A stretch of 64,000 nucleotides of DNA from Ranitomeya imitator (Eukaryota). The stretch lies in the NCBI RefSeq assembly GCF_032444005.1, contig NC_091291.1, forward strand, positions 4,154,001 to 4,218,000. The letters run 5' to 3'. A program made the translations under genes and the position numbers. The notes beneath the pieces were generated by a model. That model was not told where the DNA came from. It worked only from the letters and a program-made list of their open reading frames with translations, and did not search any database. Shown here in pieces: positions 15,001 through 25,865 of the stretch (its first letter is position 1; each line of letters starts with the position of its first letter).

Positions 15001-18000
15001 AAATAATACAGGAGGTGTAATGTCACACAGGGACCAGCAGAGGGCGGTGCGGGGATAATACAGGAGATGTAATGTCACACAGGGACCAGCAGAGGGCGGT
15101 GCGGGGATAATACAGGAGATGTAATGTCACACAGGGACCAGCAGAGGGCGGTGCAGAAATAATACAGGAGGTGTAATGTCACACAGGGACCAGCAGAGGG
15201 CGGTGCGGGGATAATACAGGAGATGTAATGTCACACAGGGACCAGCAGAGGGCGGTGCGGGGATAATACAGGAGATGTAATGTCACACAGGGACCAGCAG
15301 AGGGCGGTGCGGGGATAATACAGGAGGTGTAATGTCACACAGGGACCAGCAGAGGGCAGTGCGGGGATAATACAGGAGATGTAATGTCACACAGGGACCA
15401 GCAGAGGGCGGTGCAGAAATAATACAGGAGGTGTAATGTCACACAGGGACCAGCAGAGGGCGGTGCGGGGATAATACAGGAGATGTAATGTCACACAGGG
15501 ACCAGCAGAGGGCGGTGCGGGGATAATACAGGAGGTGTAATGTCACACAGGGACCAGCAGAGGGCGGTGCAGAAATAATACAGGAGGTGTAATGTCACAC
15601 AGGGACCAGCAGAGGGCGGTGCGGGGATAATACAGGAGATGTAATGTCACACAGGGACCAGCAGAGGGCGGTGCGGGGATAATACAGGAGATGTAATGTC
15701 ACACAGGGACCAGCAGAGGGCGGTGCAGGGATAATACAGGAGGTGTAATATCACACAGGGACCAGCAGAGGGCGGTGCGGGGATAATACAGGAGATGTAA
15801 TGTCACACAGGGACCAGCAGAGGGCAGTGCGGGGATAATACAGGAGATGTAATGTCACACAGGGACCAGCAGAGGGCGGTGCGGGGATAATACAGGAGAT
15901 GTAATGTCACACAGGGACCAGCAGAGGGCGGTGCAGGGATAATACAGGAGGTGTAATGTCACACAGGGACCAGCAGAGGGCGGTGCAGAAATAATACAGG
16001 AGGTGTAATGTCACACAGCGACCAGCAGAGGGCGGTGCGGGGATAATACAGGAGATGTAATGTCACACAGGGACCAGCAGAGGGCGGTGCAGAAATAATA
16101 CAGGAGGTGTAATGTCACACAGGGACCAGCAGAGGGCGGTGCGGGGATAATACAGGAGATGTAATGTCACACAGGGACCAGCAGAGGGCGGTGCAGGGAT
16201 AATACAGGAGATGTAATGTCACACAGGGACCAGCAGAGGGCGGTGCAGGGATAATACAGGAGATGTAATGTCACACAGGGACCAGCAGAGGGCGGTGCGG
16301 GGATAATACAGGAGGTGTAATGTCACACAGGGACCAGCAGAGGGCGGTGCAGAAATAATACAGGAGGTGTAATGTCACACAGGGACCAGCAGAGGGCGGT
16401 GCGGGGATAATACAGGAGATGTAATGTCACACAGGGACCAGCAGAGGGCGGTGCAGAAATAATACAGGAGGTGTAATGTCACACAGGGACCAGCAGAGGG
16501 CGGTGCGGGGATAATACAGGAGATGTAATGTCACACAGGGACCAGCAGAGGGCGGTGCAGGGATAATACAGGAGGTGTAATATCACACAGGGACCAGCAG
16601 AGGGCGGTGCGGGGATAATACAGGAGATGTAATGTCACACAGGGACCAGCAGAGGGCAGTGCGGGGATAATACAGGAGATGTAATGTCACACAGGGACCA
16701 GCAGAGGGCAGTGCGGGGATAATACAGGAGATGTAATGTCACACAGGGACCAGCAGAGGGCGGTGCGGGGATAATACAGGAGATGTAATGTCACACAGGG
16801 ACCAGCAGAGGGCGGTGCGGGGATAATACAGGAGGTGTAATGTCACACAGGGACCAGCAGAGGGCGGTGCGGGGATAATACAGGAGATGTAATGTCACAC
16901 AGGGACCAGCAGAGGGCAGTGCGGAGATAATACAGGAGATGTAATGTCACACAGGGACCAGCAGAGGGCGGTGCGGGGATAATACAGGAGATGTAATGTC
17001 ACACAGGGACCAGCAGAGGGCGGTGCGGGGATAATACAGGAGATGTAATGTCACACAGGGACCAGCAGAGGGCGGTGCGGGGATAATACAGGAGATGTAA
17101 TGTCACACAGGGACCAGCAGAGGGCGGTGCGGGGATAATACAGGAGATGTAATGTCACACAGGGACCAGCAGAGGGCGGTGCAGAAATAATACAGGAGAT
17201 ATAATGTCACACAGGGACCAGCAGAGGGCAGTGCGGGGATAATACAGGAGGTGTAATGTCACACAGAGACCAGCAGAGGGCAGTGCAGAAATAATACAGG
17301 AGGTGTAATGTCACACAGGGACCAGCAGAGGGCAGTGCGGGGATAATACAGGAGGTGTAATATCACACAGGGACCAGCAGAGGGCGGTGCGGGGATAATA
17401 CAGGAGGTGTAATGTCACACAGGGACCAGCAGAGGGCGGTGCGGGGATAATACAGGAGGTGTAATGTCACACAGGGACCAGCAGAGGGCGGTGCGGGGAT
17501 AATACAGGAGATATAATGTCACACAGGGACCAGCAGAGGGCAGTGCGGGGATAATACAGGAGGTGTAATGTCACACAGAGACCAGCAGAGGGCGGTGCGG
17601 GGATAATACAGGAGATGTAATGTCACACAGGGACCAGCAGAGGGCGGTGCGGGGATAATACAGGAGATGTAATGTCACACAGAGACCAGCAGAGGGCGGT
17701 GCGGGGATAATACAGGAGATGTAATGTCACACAGTGACCAGCAGAGGGCAGTGCGGGGATAATACAGGAGATGTAATGTCACACAGGGACCAGCAGAGGG
17801 CGGTGCAGAAATAATACAGGAGGTGTAATGTCACACAGGGACCAGCAGAGGGCGGTGCAGGGATAATACAGGAGGTGTAATGTCACACAGAGACCAGCAG
17901 AGGGCGGTGCGGGGATAATACAGGAGATGTAATGTCACACAGGGACCAGCAGAGGGCGGTGCGGGGATAATACAGGAGATGTAATGTCACACAGGGACCA

Positions 18001-18574
18001 GCAGAGGGCGGTGCGGGGATAATACAGGAGGTGTAATGTCACACATGGACCAGCAGAGGGCGGTGCGGGGATAATACAGGAGATGTAATGTCACACAGGG
18101 ACCAGCAGAGGGCGGTGCGGGGATAATACAGGAGATGTAATGTCACACAGGGACCAGCAGAGGGCGGTGCGGGGATAATACAGATGTAATGTCACACAGG
18201 GACCAGCAGAGGGCGGTGCGGGGATAATACAGGAGATGTAATGTCACACAGGGACCAGCAGAGGGCGGTGCGGGGATAATACAGGAGATGTAATGTCACA
18301 CAGGGACCAGCAGAGGGCGGTGCGGGGATAATACAGGAGATGTAATGTCACACAGGGACCAGCAGAGGGCGGGGATAATACAGGAGATGTAATGTCACAC
18401 AGGGACCAGCAGAGGGCGGTGCGGGGATAATACAGGAGATGTAATGTCACACAGGGACCAGCAGAGGGCGGTGCGGGGATAATACAGGAGGTGTAATATC
18501 ACACAGGGACCAGCAGAGGGCGGTGCGGGGATAATACAGATGTAATATCACACAGTGAGCAGCAGAGGGCGGTG
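1..18574 (+). repeat. 52-bp minisatellite, ~355 copies, continuing past the left edge; lies in CPLANE2 intron 1. Consensus TGCGGGGATAATACAGGAGATGTAATGTCACACAGGGACCAGCAGAGGGCGG
   Basis: TGCGGGG recurs at 1, 53 and 105 (period 52). The array is uninterrupted up to ...GGGCGGTG at 18574. Occasional 49-bp (GAG deleted) and 47-bp units. Confidence 0.99.
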
Positions 18575-18584
18575 TCTTAGTTAC

Positions 18585-18702
18585 CGTACGTTCTCCGCTT
18601 CCTCTTGCGCAGGACACAGGTCAGATAGTCGCGGCCTTCCGGTGACTGCAGCCAGTCCGGTGTGATCAGACTGTCGGGTTTGCGCACAGGAATCTTGGAC
18701 AT
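18585..18702 (-). CDS. CPLANE2: First coding exon of CPLANE2/RSG1 (ciliogenesis and planar polarity effector 2, atypical small GTPase)
   Basis: Manual translation gives MSKIPVRKPDSLITPDWLQSPEGRDYLTCVLRKRKRRTY+G. This matches the human RSG1 N-terminus as recalled (VPNWHESAEGKEYLACILRKNRRRVFG). ATG at 18702, donor G|GTAACT at 18585/18584. Position downstream of FBXO42 on the same strand matches human synteny. Not in the ORF track because it is short. Confidence 0.9.
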
Positions 18703-18763
18703 GTTACCGTTCACACATCCGAGACGCTGCTGTATAAGGACTAGGAGAGCTGTCGCAGGAAAA

Positions 18764-18864
18764 TGACGTCAGCAGTAAGACTCACGTGAATAAGCTGCAC
18801 GAGTCACGTGATACGCAGTTGTCCGTTACGGCCACGCCCATTAAAGTAAACGAGCGTTACGTCA
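18764..18864. promoter_or_regulatory. Putative CPLANE2 proximal promoter: CRE palindrome, two CACGTG E-boxes and a CRE-like TTACGTCA
   Basis: TGACGTCA 18764-18771; CACGTG 18783-18788 and 18805-18810 (GTCACGTGAT context); TTACGTCA 18857-18864. These lie 60-160 bp upstream of the ATG in CpG-rich sequence. The TSS is not visible. Confidence 0.6.
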
Positions 18865-19055
18865 GGCGTCCTGTGTCACCTCCATGTTTTTGCTCCCGCT
18901 GTCACCTCATGTCTCCGCACTGGGAGCCGCTAGTAATGTGACCGCCGTGCAGAAATAATGGAGACCACACGCCGCTGGCCCCTCCCCCCATACTCTACTG
19001 CCCGTCACCCCACAGGCTTATGACACACACACCCTGCACCTAACCTCCCGCTATT
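18779..19055. repeat. Upstream module, copy 1 (~277 bp direct repeat)
   Basis: Runs GACTCACGTGAATAAGCTGCACGAG...CTATT. Near-identical to 20977-21257 with only a few substitutions and small indels. Confidence 0.95.
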
Positions 19056-20976
19056 CCCCCCCCCCCTCACACAGTCGATCCTCACAGTCCCCCCTTCACC
19101 CACAGACACACCCTCCCCCTTGCCACACACATACTCCCCCCCACACACCGTCCCATCGCCACACACACCCCCCACAGTCCCCCCTCGACCCAAACCGCCC
19201 CCTCCTCGCCCAACACACTCCCCCTTCACCCCACACACACCGTCCCATACAGTCCCTCCCTCGCCCCACACACACAGTCCCCCTTCACCCCACACACACT
19301 GTCCCATCGGCCCACACAGTCCCTCCCTCGCCCCACACACATCGTCCCCCCCTCGCCCCACACACACAGTCCCATCGCCACATCCTGTTCGACCCACACA
19401 CACTCCCCCTTCCCACACTCACCCCTTACACACGTCCCCCCCACACCTTCCCCCTTTGCCCTGCACACTCCCCCCTCGCCCCACACACACGGTCCCATTG
19501 CCACATCCTGTTCGACCCACACACACTCCCCCTTCCCACACTCACCCCTTACACACAACGTCCCCCCCACACCTTCCCCCTTTGCCCTGCACACTCCCCC
19601 CTCACACACTGTCCCCCCCTCGCCCCGCACACACACACCCCGCACCCCTCGCCACACACCGTCCCCCCCTCACCTCACAAACACTGCCCCTCACACACCA
19701 TCCCCCTCGCCCCGCACTCTCACCCCCTCATCCCACACACTCAACCCTTACACATCATCCCCTCGCCACACCCCCCCCCACACAGTCCCCCCTTGATCCA
19801 AACTGCCCCCTCCTTGCCCAACACACTCCTCCCTCGCCCCACACCCCTTACACACACCGTCCCCCCCTCGCCCACACACACCGTCCTCCCTCACCTACAC
19901 ACACGCCATCCTCCCTCACCCTACACACACTGTTCCCCTCACGCCACACCCCTTACACACATCATCCCCCCTCGCCACTCACCCTTTACACACAACGTCC
20001 CCCCACCCCATCCCCCTGCACACTCTGTCACACACACTGCCCCCTCACACACCATCTCCTCGCTCCGCACACTCCCCCCTCACACACCGTCCACCCCTCG
20101 TCCCACAGTCCCTTCACACACCGTCCCCCTCACAATACCTTCTCACACACCGTCCCCCCTCACAATACCTTCTCACACACCGTCCCCCCTCGCCCCGCAC
20201 TCCCCTCACAATCGCTTCTCACACCGTCCACCCCTGCCCCACACTCCCCCCTCACACCATCCTTCCTCGTCCAGCACACTCCCCCCTCACACACCGTCCC
20301 CCCTCGTCCCACACAAACACCATCCCCCTCGCCCCCACACACACCGTCCCCCCTTGCCCCACAATCACCCCTTACATACACACCATCATCCCTCACAGTC
20401 CCCCCCTCGCCACACACCATCCCATCGCCCCACACCATCCCCCCTTGCCCCGTACATACTCCGTCCCACACACTCCCCCTCACCGTCCCATCGCGACACA
20501 CCCTCTTCGACCCACACACGTCCCCCCTCGCCCCGCACACTGTCCCACCTCGCCCCACACTCCCTCACTGTCCCCCTCGCCCTGTACATACTCCATCCCA
20601 CACACATCATCCCCCCTTACCCTCACACACACTTCCCCCCGCCACACTCACCCCTTACACACGTCACCCCACACTTCCCCCCCCCCTTGCCCCACACTCC
20701 CCCTCGCCCCGCACACTCCCCCGACAAACACCCCGTGCCCCACACTGTCCAATCACCACACCGTCCCCTCGCCCCACACACTGCCCACTCACACACCATC
20801 TCCTTGCCCCGCACACTCCCCCTCACACCATGTCCCCCTCACAATCCCTTCTCACACACCGTCCACCCCTGCCCCACACACCATCCCCCTCGTCCCACAC
20901 ACACACTCAGTCACCCCTTGCCCAACACACCCCCCCTCACATACACACCGTCCCCCCCCTAGCTCCTCACACACTT
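19056..20976. repeat. C/A-rich low-complexity tract (poly-C and CA runs; G-rich on the minus strand) with an internal ~120-bp tandem duplication near 19350-19605
   Basis: Almost entirely C-runs and CACAC motifs. The Pro/His/Thr ORFs here reflect composition only. Confidence 0.9.
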
Positions 20977-21257
20977 GACTCACGTGAATAAGCTGCACGA
21001 GTCACGTGATACGCAGGTGTCCGTTACGGTCACGCCCATTAAAGTAAACGAGCGTTACGTCAGGCGTCCTGTGTCACCTCCATGTTTCTTCTCCCGCTGT
21101 CACCTAATGTCTCCGCACTGGGAGCCGCTAGTAATGTGACCGCCGTGGCAGAACTAATGGAGACCACACGCCGCTGGCCCCTCCCCCCATACTCTACTGC
21201 CCGTCACCCCACAGGCTTATGACACACACACACCCCTGCACATAACCTCCCACTATT
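20977..21257. repeat. Upstream module, copy 2 (offset 2198 bp from copy 1)
   Basis: Starts with the same GACTCACGTGAATAAGC and keeps both E-boxes and TTACGTCA. It lacks the TGACGTCA, which lies just outside the duplicated unit. Confidence 0.95.
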
Positions 21258-22125
21258 TTGCCCCCGCCCCCCCACACATACGCTGCCACCCCCTACACAG
21301 ACACTGCCCCTTCCCACCACACACACTGTTACCACACCGTTCCCCCTCACACCCCCCTTGCATATGCTGTCCCCCCTTGCCCCGCACACACACCATCCCC
21401 CCTCGGCCCGCACCCCTTACACACCGTCCCCCCTCTCCTGCACACACTCCCCTCCATCACACACTCCCCCCTCACCCCACACGTTCCCCCTCACCCACCG
21501 CCCCCTTGCCACTCACCCCTTACACACACACCGCCCCCCCCTCGCCACACCCCCTTTGAGCCACACACCGCCCCCTCACTCCCCCCGCACTCACCCCCTT
21601 GCCCCGTACACACTCCCCCCTCACACGATCCCCCCCTCGCCCCACACACACACCCCCTCTCGCCCAACACTCCCACCCTAACACTCTCCCCCGCCACACT
21701 CACCCCTCACACACACCGTCCCTTCGCCCTGCAAACTCTCCCCCCTCACACACTGTCCCCCCCTCACCCCACACAAACCCCTTTCACACACTCCCCCCCC
21801 CCTTGCCCGGCACACGCCATCTTCTCGCCCCGCACACTCCCCCCTCATTTACAACATCCCCCCCTCGCACCGTCCCGCCCTCACCCCACACACACACCCC
21901 CCACACACACCGTCCAACCCCCAGCCCCTCACACTCCCCCCTCGTCCCACACACCATCCCCCCTTGCCCAACACCCCCCCCTTGCCCCAAACAGTCCCCC
22001 CTCTTCGCCCCACACACCCCTCTCACACACCGTCCCCTCACAGACGGTCCCCCCCCCCCCTTGCCGCACACTCCCTCCTCACACACACATACACCGTCCC
22101 CCCTCACACACACTCTCCCCCGCTC
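21258..22125. repeat. Second C/A-rich low-complexity tract
   Basis: Same composition as 19056-20976. Confidence 0.85.
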
Positions 22126-22315
22126 CTCTGCCTCCTTTGGTTCATCTTCCCCTGAGAACTGAGGGATGTGGTGTTTTTAGTCTGTTGGGGGCGGCCGCTC
22201 CCCTCCGCGGATGTTATTCGGGGGTCTTCGCCTTCCGCCTCCTCAGGGGTCGGCGTTTGTGCTGTTATTTAGACTCATGAAGCAGTGACTGACGGCCGCA
22301 GGAGACAATCGGAAC

Positions 22316-22321
22316 TTTATT
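22316..22321 (-). terminator. Candidate FBXO42 polyadenylation signal AATAAA
   Basis: The plus strand reads TTTATT, ~1 kb past the FBXO42 stop. An alternative ATTAAA lies at 22469-22474. No transcript evidence is available. Confidence 0.5.
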
Positions 22322-23309
22322 GCGATCCGTCCCCTAATTCAGGGGCAGATACCAAGTGTGATAAAGACGCCCCCGAATCCAGGGCTGGCAGCTGCGCTGG
22401 GGGGAGCGGAGACCGGATGGTGGGGGAGGGGCGGACCATGCGGATTGTAGAAAAGAACGTAGCAATAATTTAATGAGCAGCTGGAAAGCGTCTCCCCCCA
22501 ATGATCCGGCTGCAGACCCCCGCAGCATCCAGATGCAAAAGTCGCCGGCCACCGCTGCTCCCGACCACCTCCTCTCTGCAGTTAGAGGCTGCTACACTGC
22601 AAGCGCTGCAGCTGCACGGCGCCGGACAGGACGAGTGGGGGGTTATAGTTTAGGTTTGCGGTGTGGTTACCCACCCCCCTCACCACCTCCAGCCCCCCCT
22701 CACGACCACCGGCCCCCCTCACTGAGAAGCTTTCACCGCTACCAAAATAAACAAATTGTTTTTCCTCAATTTTATGCAACGAAAAACACGGCTCAGATTA
22801 GACACGAAAAATAAAAATTAAAAACAAAATTCTTCCTCCTTCGTTTCCCCAATCGCTTGTATAATGCACGGCAGGGTGGTCCGGGATTAACCCTACAACA
22901 CCCAGGCCCTTCCGTACAGAGGCGATGGCCGAGCTGTGCCCCTTCTGCTCAGCCCCAGCAGCCCCTCAGCACTTGAGCCCCCTGCGCCCAACACCGGCCC
23001 CTCCATCCTCTCTAGGGACAATGGGCTCCGTAGTTTTAGAATCGGTCGTGAGTTGCTGAATATGGGGGGCTGCACCACGATTAGGAGGGTCCCTGGAGGA
23101 TTTAGCACGATGCCCCGATGGCTCCCAGAATACCCCGGGCCCGTAGAGTGGTGTCCATCATAGATTGGGGCTTTGCGCGTGTTGCAGACCATTGCAGAGA
23201 GGGGGTCACATCAGGATGGAGCCGGGGGGCCGCGCGCGCTCATATTATTGGGCACATGGTGTAAAGAGGGGGCAGGAGGGGAACATCTCCGTGAAAAGTG
23301 GCGGCCAGA

Positions 23310-24353
23310 TTATCTCTTGGCTCTTACGAAATACAAGGCGTTGGTTTTGGGGTAATATTTCATGTTCTGTTTTTTGTCCATGAGACCCCCAAAAATAATG
23401 AGTTCCCCTCGGCCTTGCACGACCGTGTGCAGACTGGTCTCGGGGGGTCCCACCACAGAGCTATTGCTGAACACCTTCCATTTTACTCGGCCCCGTTCGC
23501 GGGGCCCCTGAATGTCCAAGGCGTACATCTGCATGGGTTTGCAGTTCATGCTCTGATATAAGGGCTTCCCCACATTCAGCGACTGGGGCGGGTGATGTCC
23601 TAGACGACGGGCGATGGTAGGCAGGGAATGGCCGTCACTCTGGGCCGGGGCGGGCCGTGCTGAGGCGGCTTCCGAGCCGCTGCTGGGAGATCCTGGGGAG
23701 GTGAGGGTGGGAGGGCTGACGGGGTTAGCGGCCACCTGGGATGAGGATGTGACCAGGGCACGAACAGCTTCCAGACCCCGCCGAAGGGCCCCAGGCGACA
23801 CCGCTCCAGACAGCGTGGACGTAATGTGCGGGGGCGTGTGCACGCCATTGGTCAGTTCAGGGGGGTTTCTACTTGCAGGGTCCAGATCTAAGTCCCCCCG
23901 TTTCCATGTGCAATCCTCCGCACCGAGACATAAATCCTTCTGCTCCGGCAGAGACCCCCGGCGTGGAGGAGGAATGGGGGCTGCCTTATGTTCACAGCTG
24001 TCAGCAGCAGAGGGAGAAGTCACCGGCAAGGGGCTGTCCATGGCTGCCGCCGGTGATATACTGCCCCCATTAAGGACAGGAGACAGACCATCGCTCCTGG
24101 CGGGGGAGAGGCTGCCCTCGCGGGAACTACCTCCGGTCTGCCGTGGGGGCCGGGGCCTGAGAGTTCCCCAGCGGCCATTCACACAAGGGGCTTCATCAGG
24201 CGCTCGCACCGGGGAGTGTGATCGGTATTCTCTGGTCTCCGGTGCCAGGGCAGGTGGAGTCGCACTGATCGGGGACGGACGGGAATTCAAGCTTGGACTG
24301 AGAGGAGCGCGGCCGCTGGGCGCCTGGCTGAACACCACCACACACTGGCCGAC
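23310..24353 (-). CDS. FBXO42: FBXO42 last coding exon ([20 protein letters not shown]...[10 protein letters not shown])
   Basis: ORF 23310..24341 matches the FBXO42 C-terminus. Acceptor CAG|GTC at 24354/24353. Length 1044 nt, phase 0. Confidence 0.98.
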   Translation of the reverse strand, partial: VGQCVVVFSQAPSGRAPLSPSLNSRPSPISATPPALAPETREYRSHSPVRAPDEAPCVNGRWGTLRPRPPRQTGGSSREGSLSPARSDGLSPVLNGGSISPAAAMDSPLPVTSPSAADSCEHKAAPIPPPRRGSLPEQKDLCLGAEDCTWKRGDLDLDPASRNPPELTNGVHTPPHITSTLSGAVSPGALRRGLEAVRALVTSSSQVAANPVSPPTLTSPGSPSSGSEAASARPAPAQSDGHSLPTIARRLGHHPPQSLNVGKPLYQSMNCKPMQMYALDIQGPRERGRVKWKVFSNSSVVGPPETSLHTVVQGRGELIIFGGLMDKKQNMKYYPKTNALYFVRAKR

Positions 24354-24431
24354 CTGTGAGGGATGGAGGAAACGTGGTCACCATTCTGGGCTCAGCGAGC
24401 GAGACGTCCTGCAGGCCTCAGGGGCACTTAC

Positions 24432-24548
24432 CCTACAAGCCGGGTGGCACCACAGCTCCGGGGCTCCGTGCTCCTCATTTTCCACCTTCAGCTGCTGCCA
24501 GGTCCAGGGGCTCGTGTTCATGTGCAGGAGCCAGGCGTCCTTAAAGAG
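24432..24548 (-). CDS. FBXO42: FBXO42 coding exon 8 ([39 protein letters not shown])
   Basis: 117 nt, AG acceptor, GTAAGT donor; Kelch-region sequence recognised. Confidence 0.96.
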
Positions 24549-24622
24549 CTGAAACCAGAAACGTTCCTGCAGTCAGTGACACGGACACGGGGTGCTACAC
24601 GGGCCGGGACACGGCCACTCAC

Positions 24623-24679
24623 CGCATTGGGTCCTCCGCAGCCGCCCAGGATCAGGATCGTCTCGCTGTCAATCACTAT
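24623..24679 (-). CDS. FBXO42: FBXO42 coding exon 7 (IVIDSETILILGGCGGPNA)
   Basis: 57 nt, CAG acceptor, GTGAGT donor. Confidence 0.96.
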
Positions 24680-24752
24680 CTGTACGAGGGACAGAATCAG
24701 GTTATGTTCCCGCGTGACCCAATGTGAGGGGAGGACATGACGCCGAGCGTAC

Positions 24753-24849
24753 CTGGGACTGTCCTCCGCGGGGGTGCGGGCAGGGACCCGAGATGTTGGG
24801 CTTGGACCACGACCACTGCTCCATGTCGAGCACCCAGACATCACTACTC
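24753..24849 (-). CDS. FBXO42: FBXO42 coding exon 6 ([32 protein letters not shown])
   Basis: 97 nt, CCTTCCAG acceptor, GTACGC donor; phases 2 to 0 fit the neighbouring exons. Confidence 0.96.
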
Positions 24850-25549
24850 CTGGAAGGCAAGATCATTCTTATGCATCTACGGGTGACATCTTGGGCCACA
24901 TTCACACTAGTGAAGAGCTCCGGTGAGGTCTAATGGACAAACGTCCGACCACTTTCCATCTGTGTCCTTCAGACTTCTCTATTGTGTCCAGTAAAGAAGG
25001 ACTGATGGTAATGAGTGCGCACGTCTCCATCATGGGACCTGGTCGCGGGTGACGTGTACTGGACACCGGCTCCAGGAATGAAGAGAATGGCCCCGTGACG
25101 AGATTCCCAGCGCTCTGCTGCAGTGTGAACGTGGCCTTCCTGTCGCCTCTTTCACCTCCGATCCGTCCTCTGCGAAGAGCCGCTCTTCCCCGGTGAGTCG
25201 TCTCCCTGGAGAGCAGCGGACGGATCGCAGGGGAAAGAACTAAAAGATAAAAACCACGAGAAGCCGTCACATTATGGCCTCCGGTCACATAACAGAGCGC
25301 AACTGGGTGGCTAATGGGGCGAGACAATGTTTGATGGTACGAAGACCACCCATGCAGCCAGGGCCCATGAGGTCTAGGGGGCAAAAGGGCCGACAAATTG
25401 GGGTATCTAAATCCAACAGTATTAAGACAAAGCTAGCAGCGAAAAGGTCCTAAAAACACATGTAGAGGACACCATGGAGGAGGCCTCATGGGCATCGCCA
25501 ACATCCGAGGCCCGGTGACGCGGCTGCTCTGGGCAGGTGTGTGGCGCCG

Positions 25550-25635
25550 GGGCAGTCACGGCGGCTCTGGGTCAGTCAGGTGGTGGCGCTGGGGCAGTCA
25601 CAGTGGCTCTGGGTCAGTCAGGTGGTGGCGCTGGG
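25550..25635 (+). repeat. 42-bp tandem duplication (2 copies), intronic
   Basis: GGGCAGTCAC..GGCTCTGGGTCAGTCAGGTGGTGGCGCTG occurs twice. Confidence 0.8.
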
Positions 25636-25703
25636 CAGGTGCGTGGCCCTGGGAAGGTCACTGCGGCTCTAAATGCGATTGTTCGTGTGGCCGTGGTCTA
25701 TAC

Positions 25704-25865
25704 CAGAGGTCCCCAACTCCAGTCCTCAAGGCCCACCAACAGGTCATGTTTTCAGGATTTCCTTTGCATTGCACAGGTGATGCAATTATTACCTGGGCAA
25801 GACTAAGGAAATCCTGAAAACATGACATGTTGGTGGGCCTTGAGGACTGGAGTTGGGGACCCCTG
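25704..25865. mobile_element. 162-bp non-autonomous hAT-superfamily MITE
   Basis: 61-bp terminal inverted repeats starting CAG(A/G)GGTCCCCAACTCCAGTCCTCAAGG, with 2 mismatches. Perfect 8-bp target-site duplication GTCTATAC at 25696-25703 and 25866-25873; an 8-bp TSD is the hAT hallmark. Confidence 0.92.

Noticed and set aside
12391-18450. The same 5-bp-deleted monomer and ORF at 12391-12597 and 18244-18450 (offset 5853), suggesting a large higher-order repeat
   Set aside because: The following monomers differ between the two sites, so a recurrent deletion is more likely. A dot-plot would settle it.
1-18574. CRISPR-like regular repeats
   Set aside because: Head-to-tail monomers with no unique spacers, no cas genes, and a spliced eukaryotic context.
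18703-18965. RFX X-box, expected for a ciliary gene (GTTACC next to the ATG; ATGGAGAC at 18958-18965)
   Set aside because: Only half-sites; no full GTYNCC-AT-GGNRAC palindrome was found.
19005-22280. Long Pro/His/Thr-rich and Gly/Val/Cys-rich ORFs (up to 623 aa)
   Set aside because: C/A low-complexity DNA lacks stop codons, several frames are open at once, and there is no domain signal.
22743-22815. Plus-strand AATAAA hexamers
   Set aside because: Wrong strand for FBXO42, and no plus-strand gene is evident.
22807-22824. CPE-like UUUUUAAU/UUUUAU in the FBXO42 3'UTR
   Set aside because: They lie 340-490 nt from the candidate hexamers, within a generic U-rich tract, and cannot be told from background.
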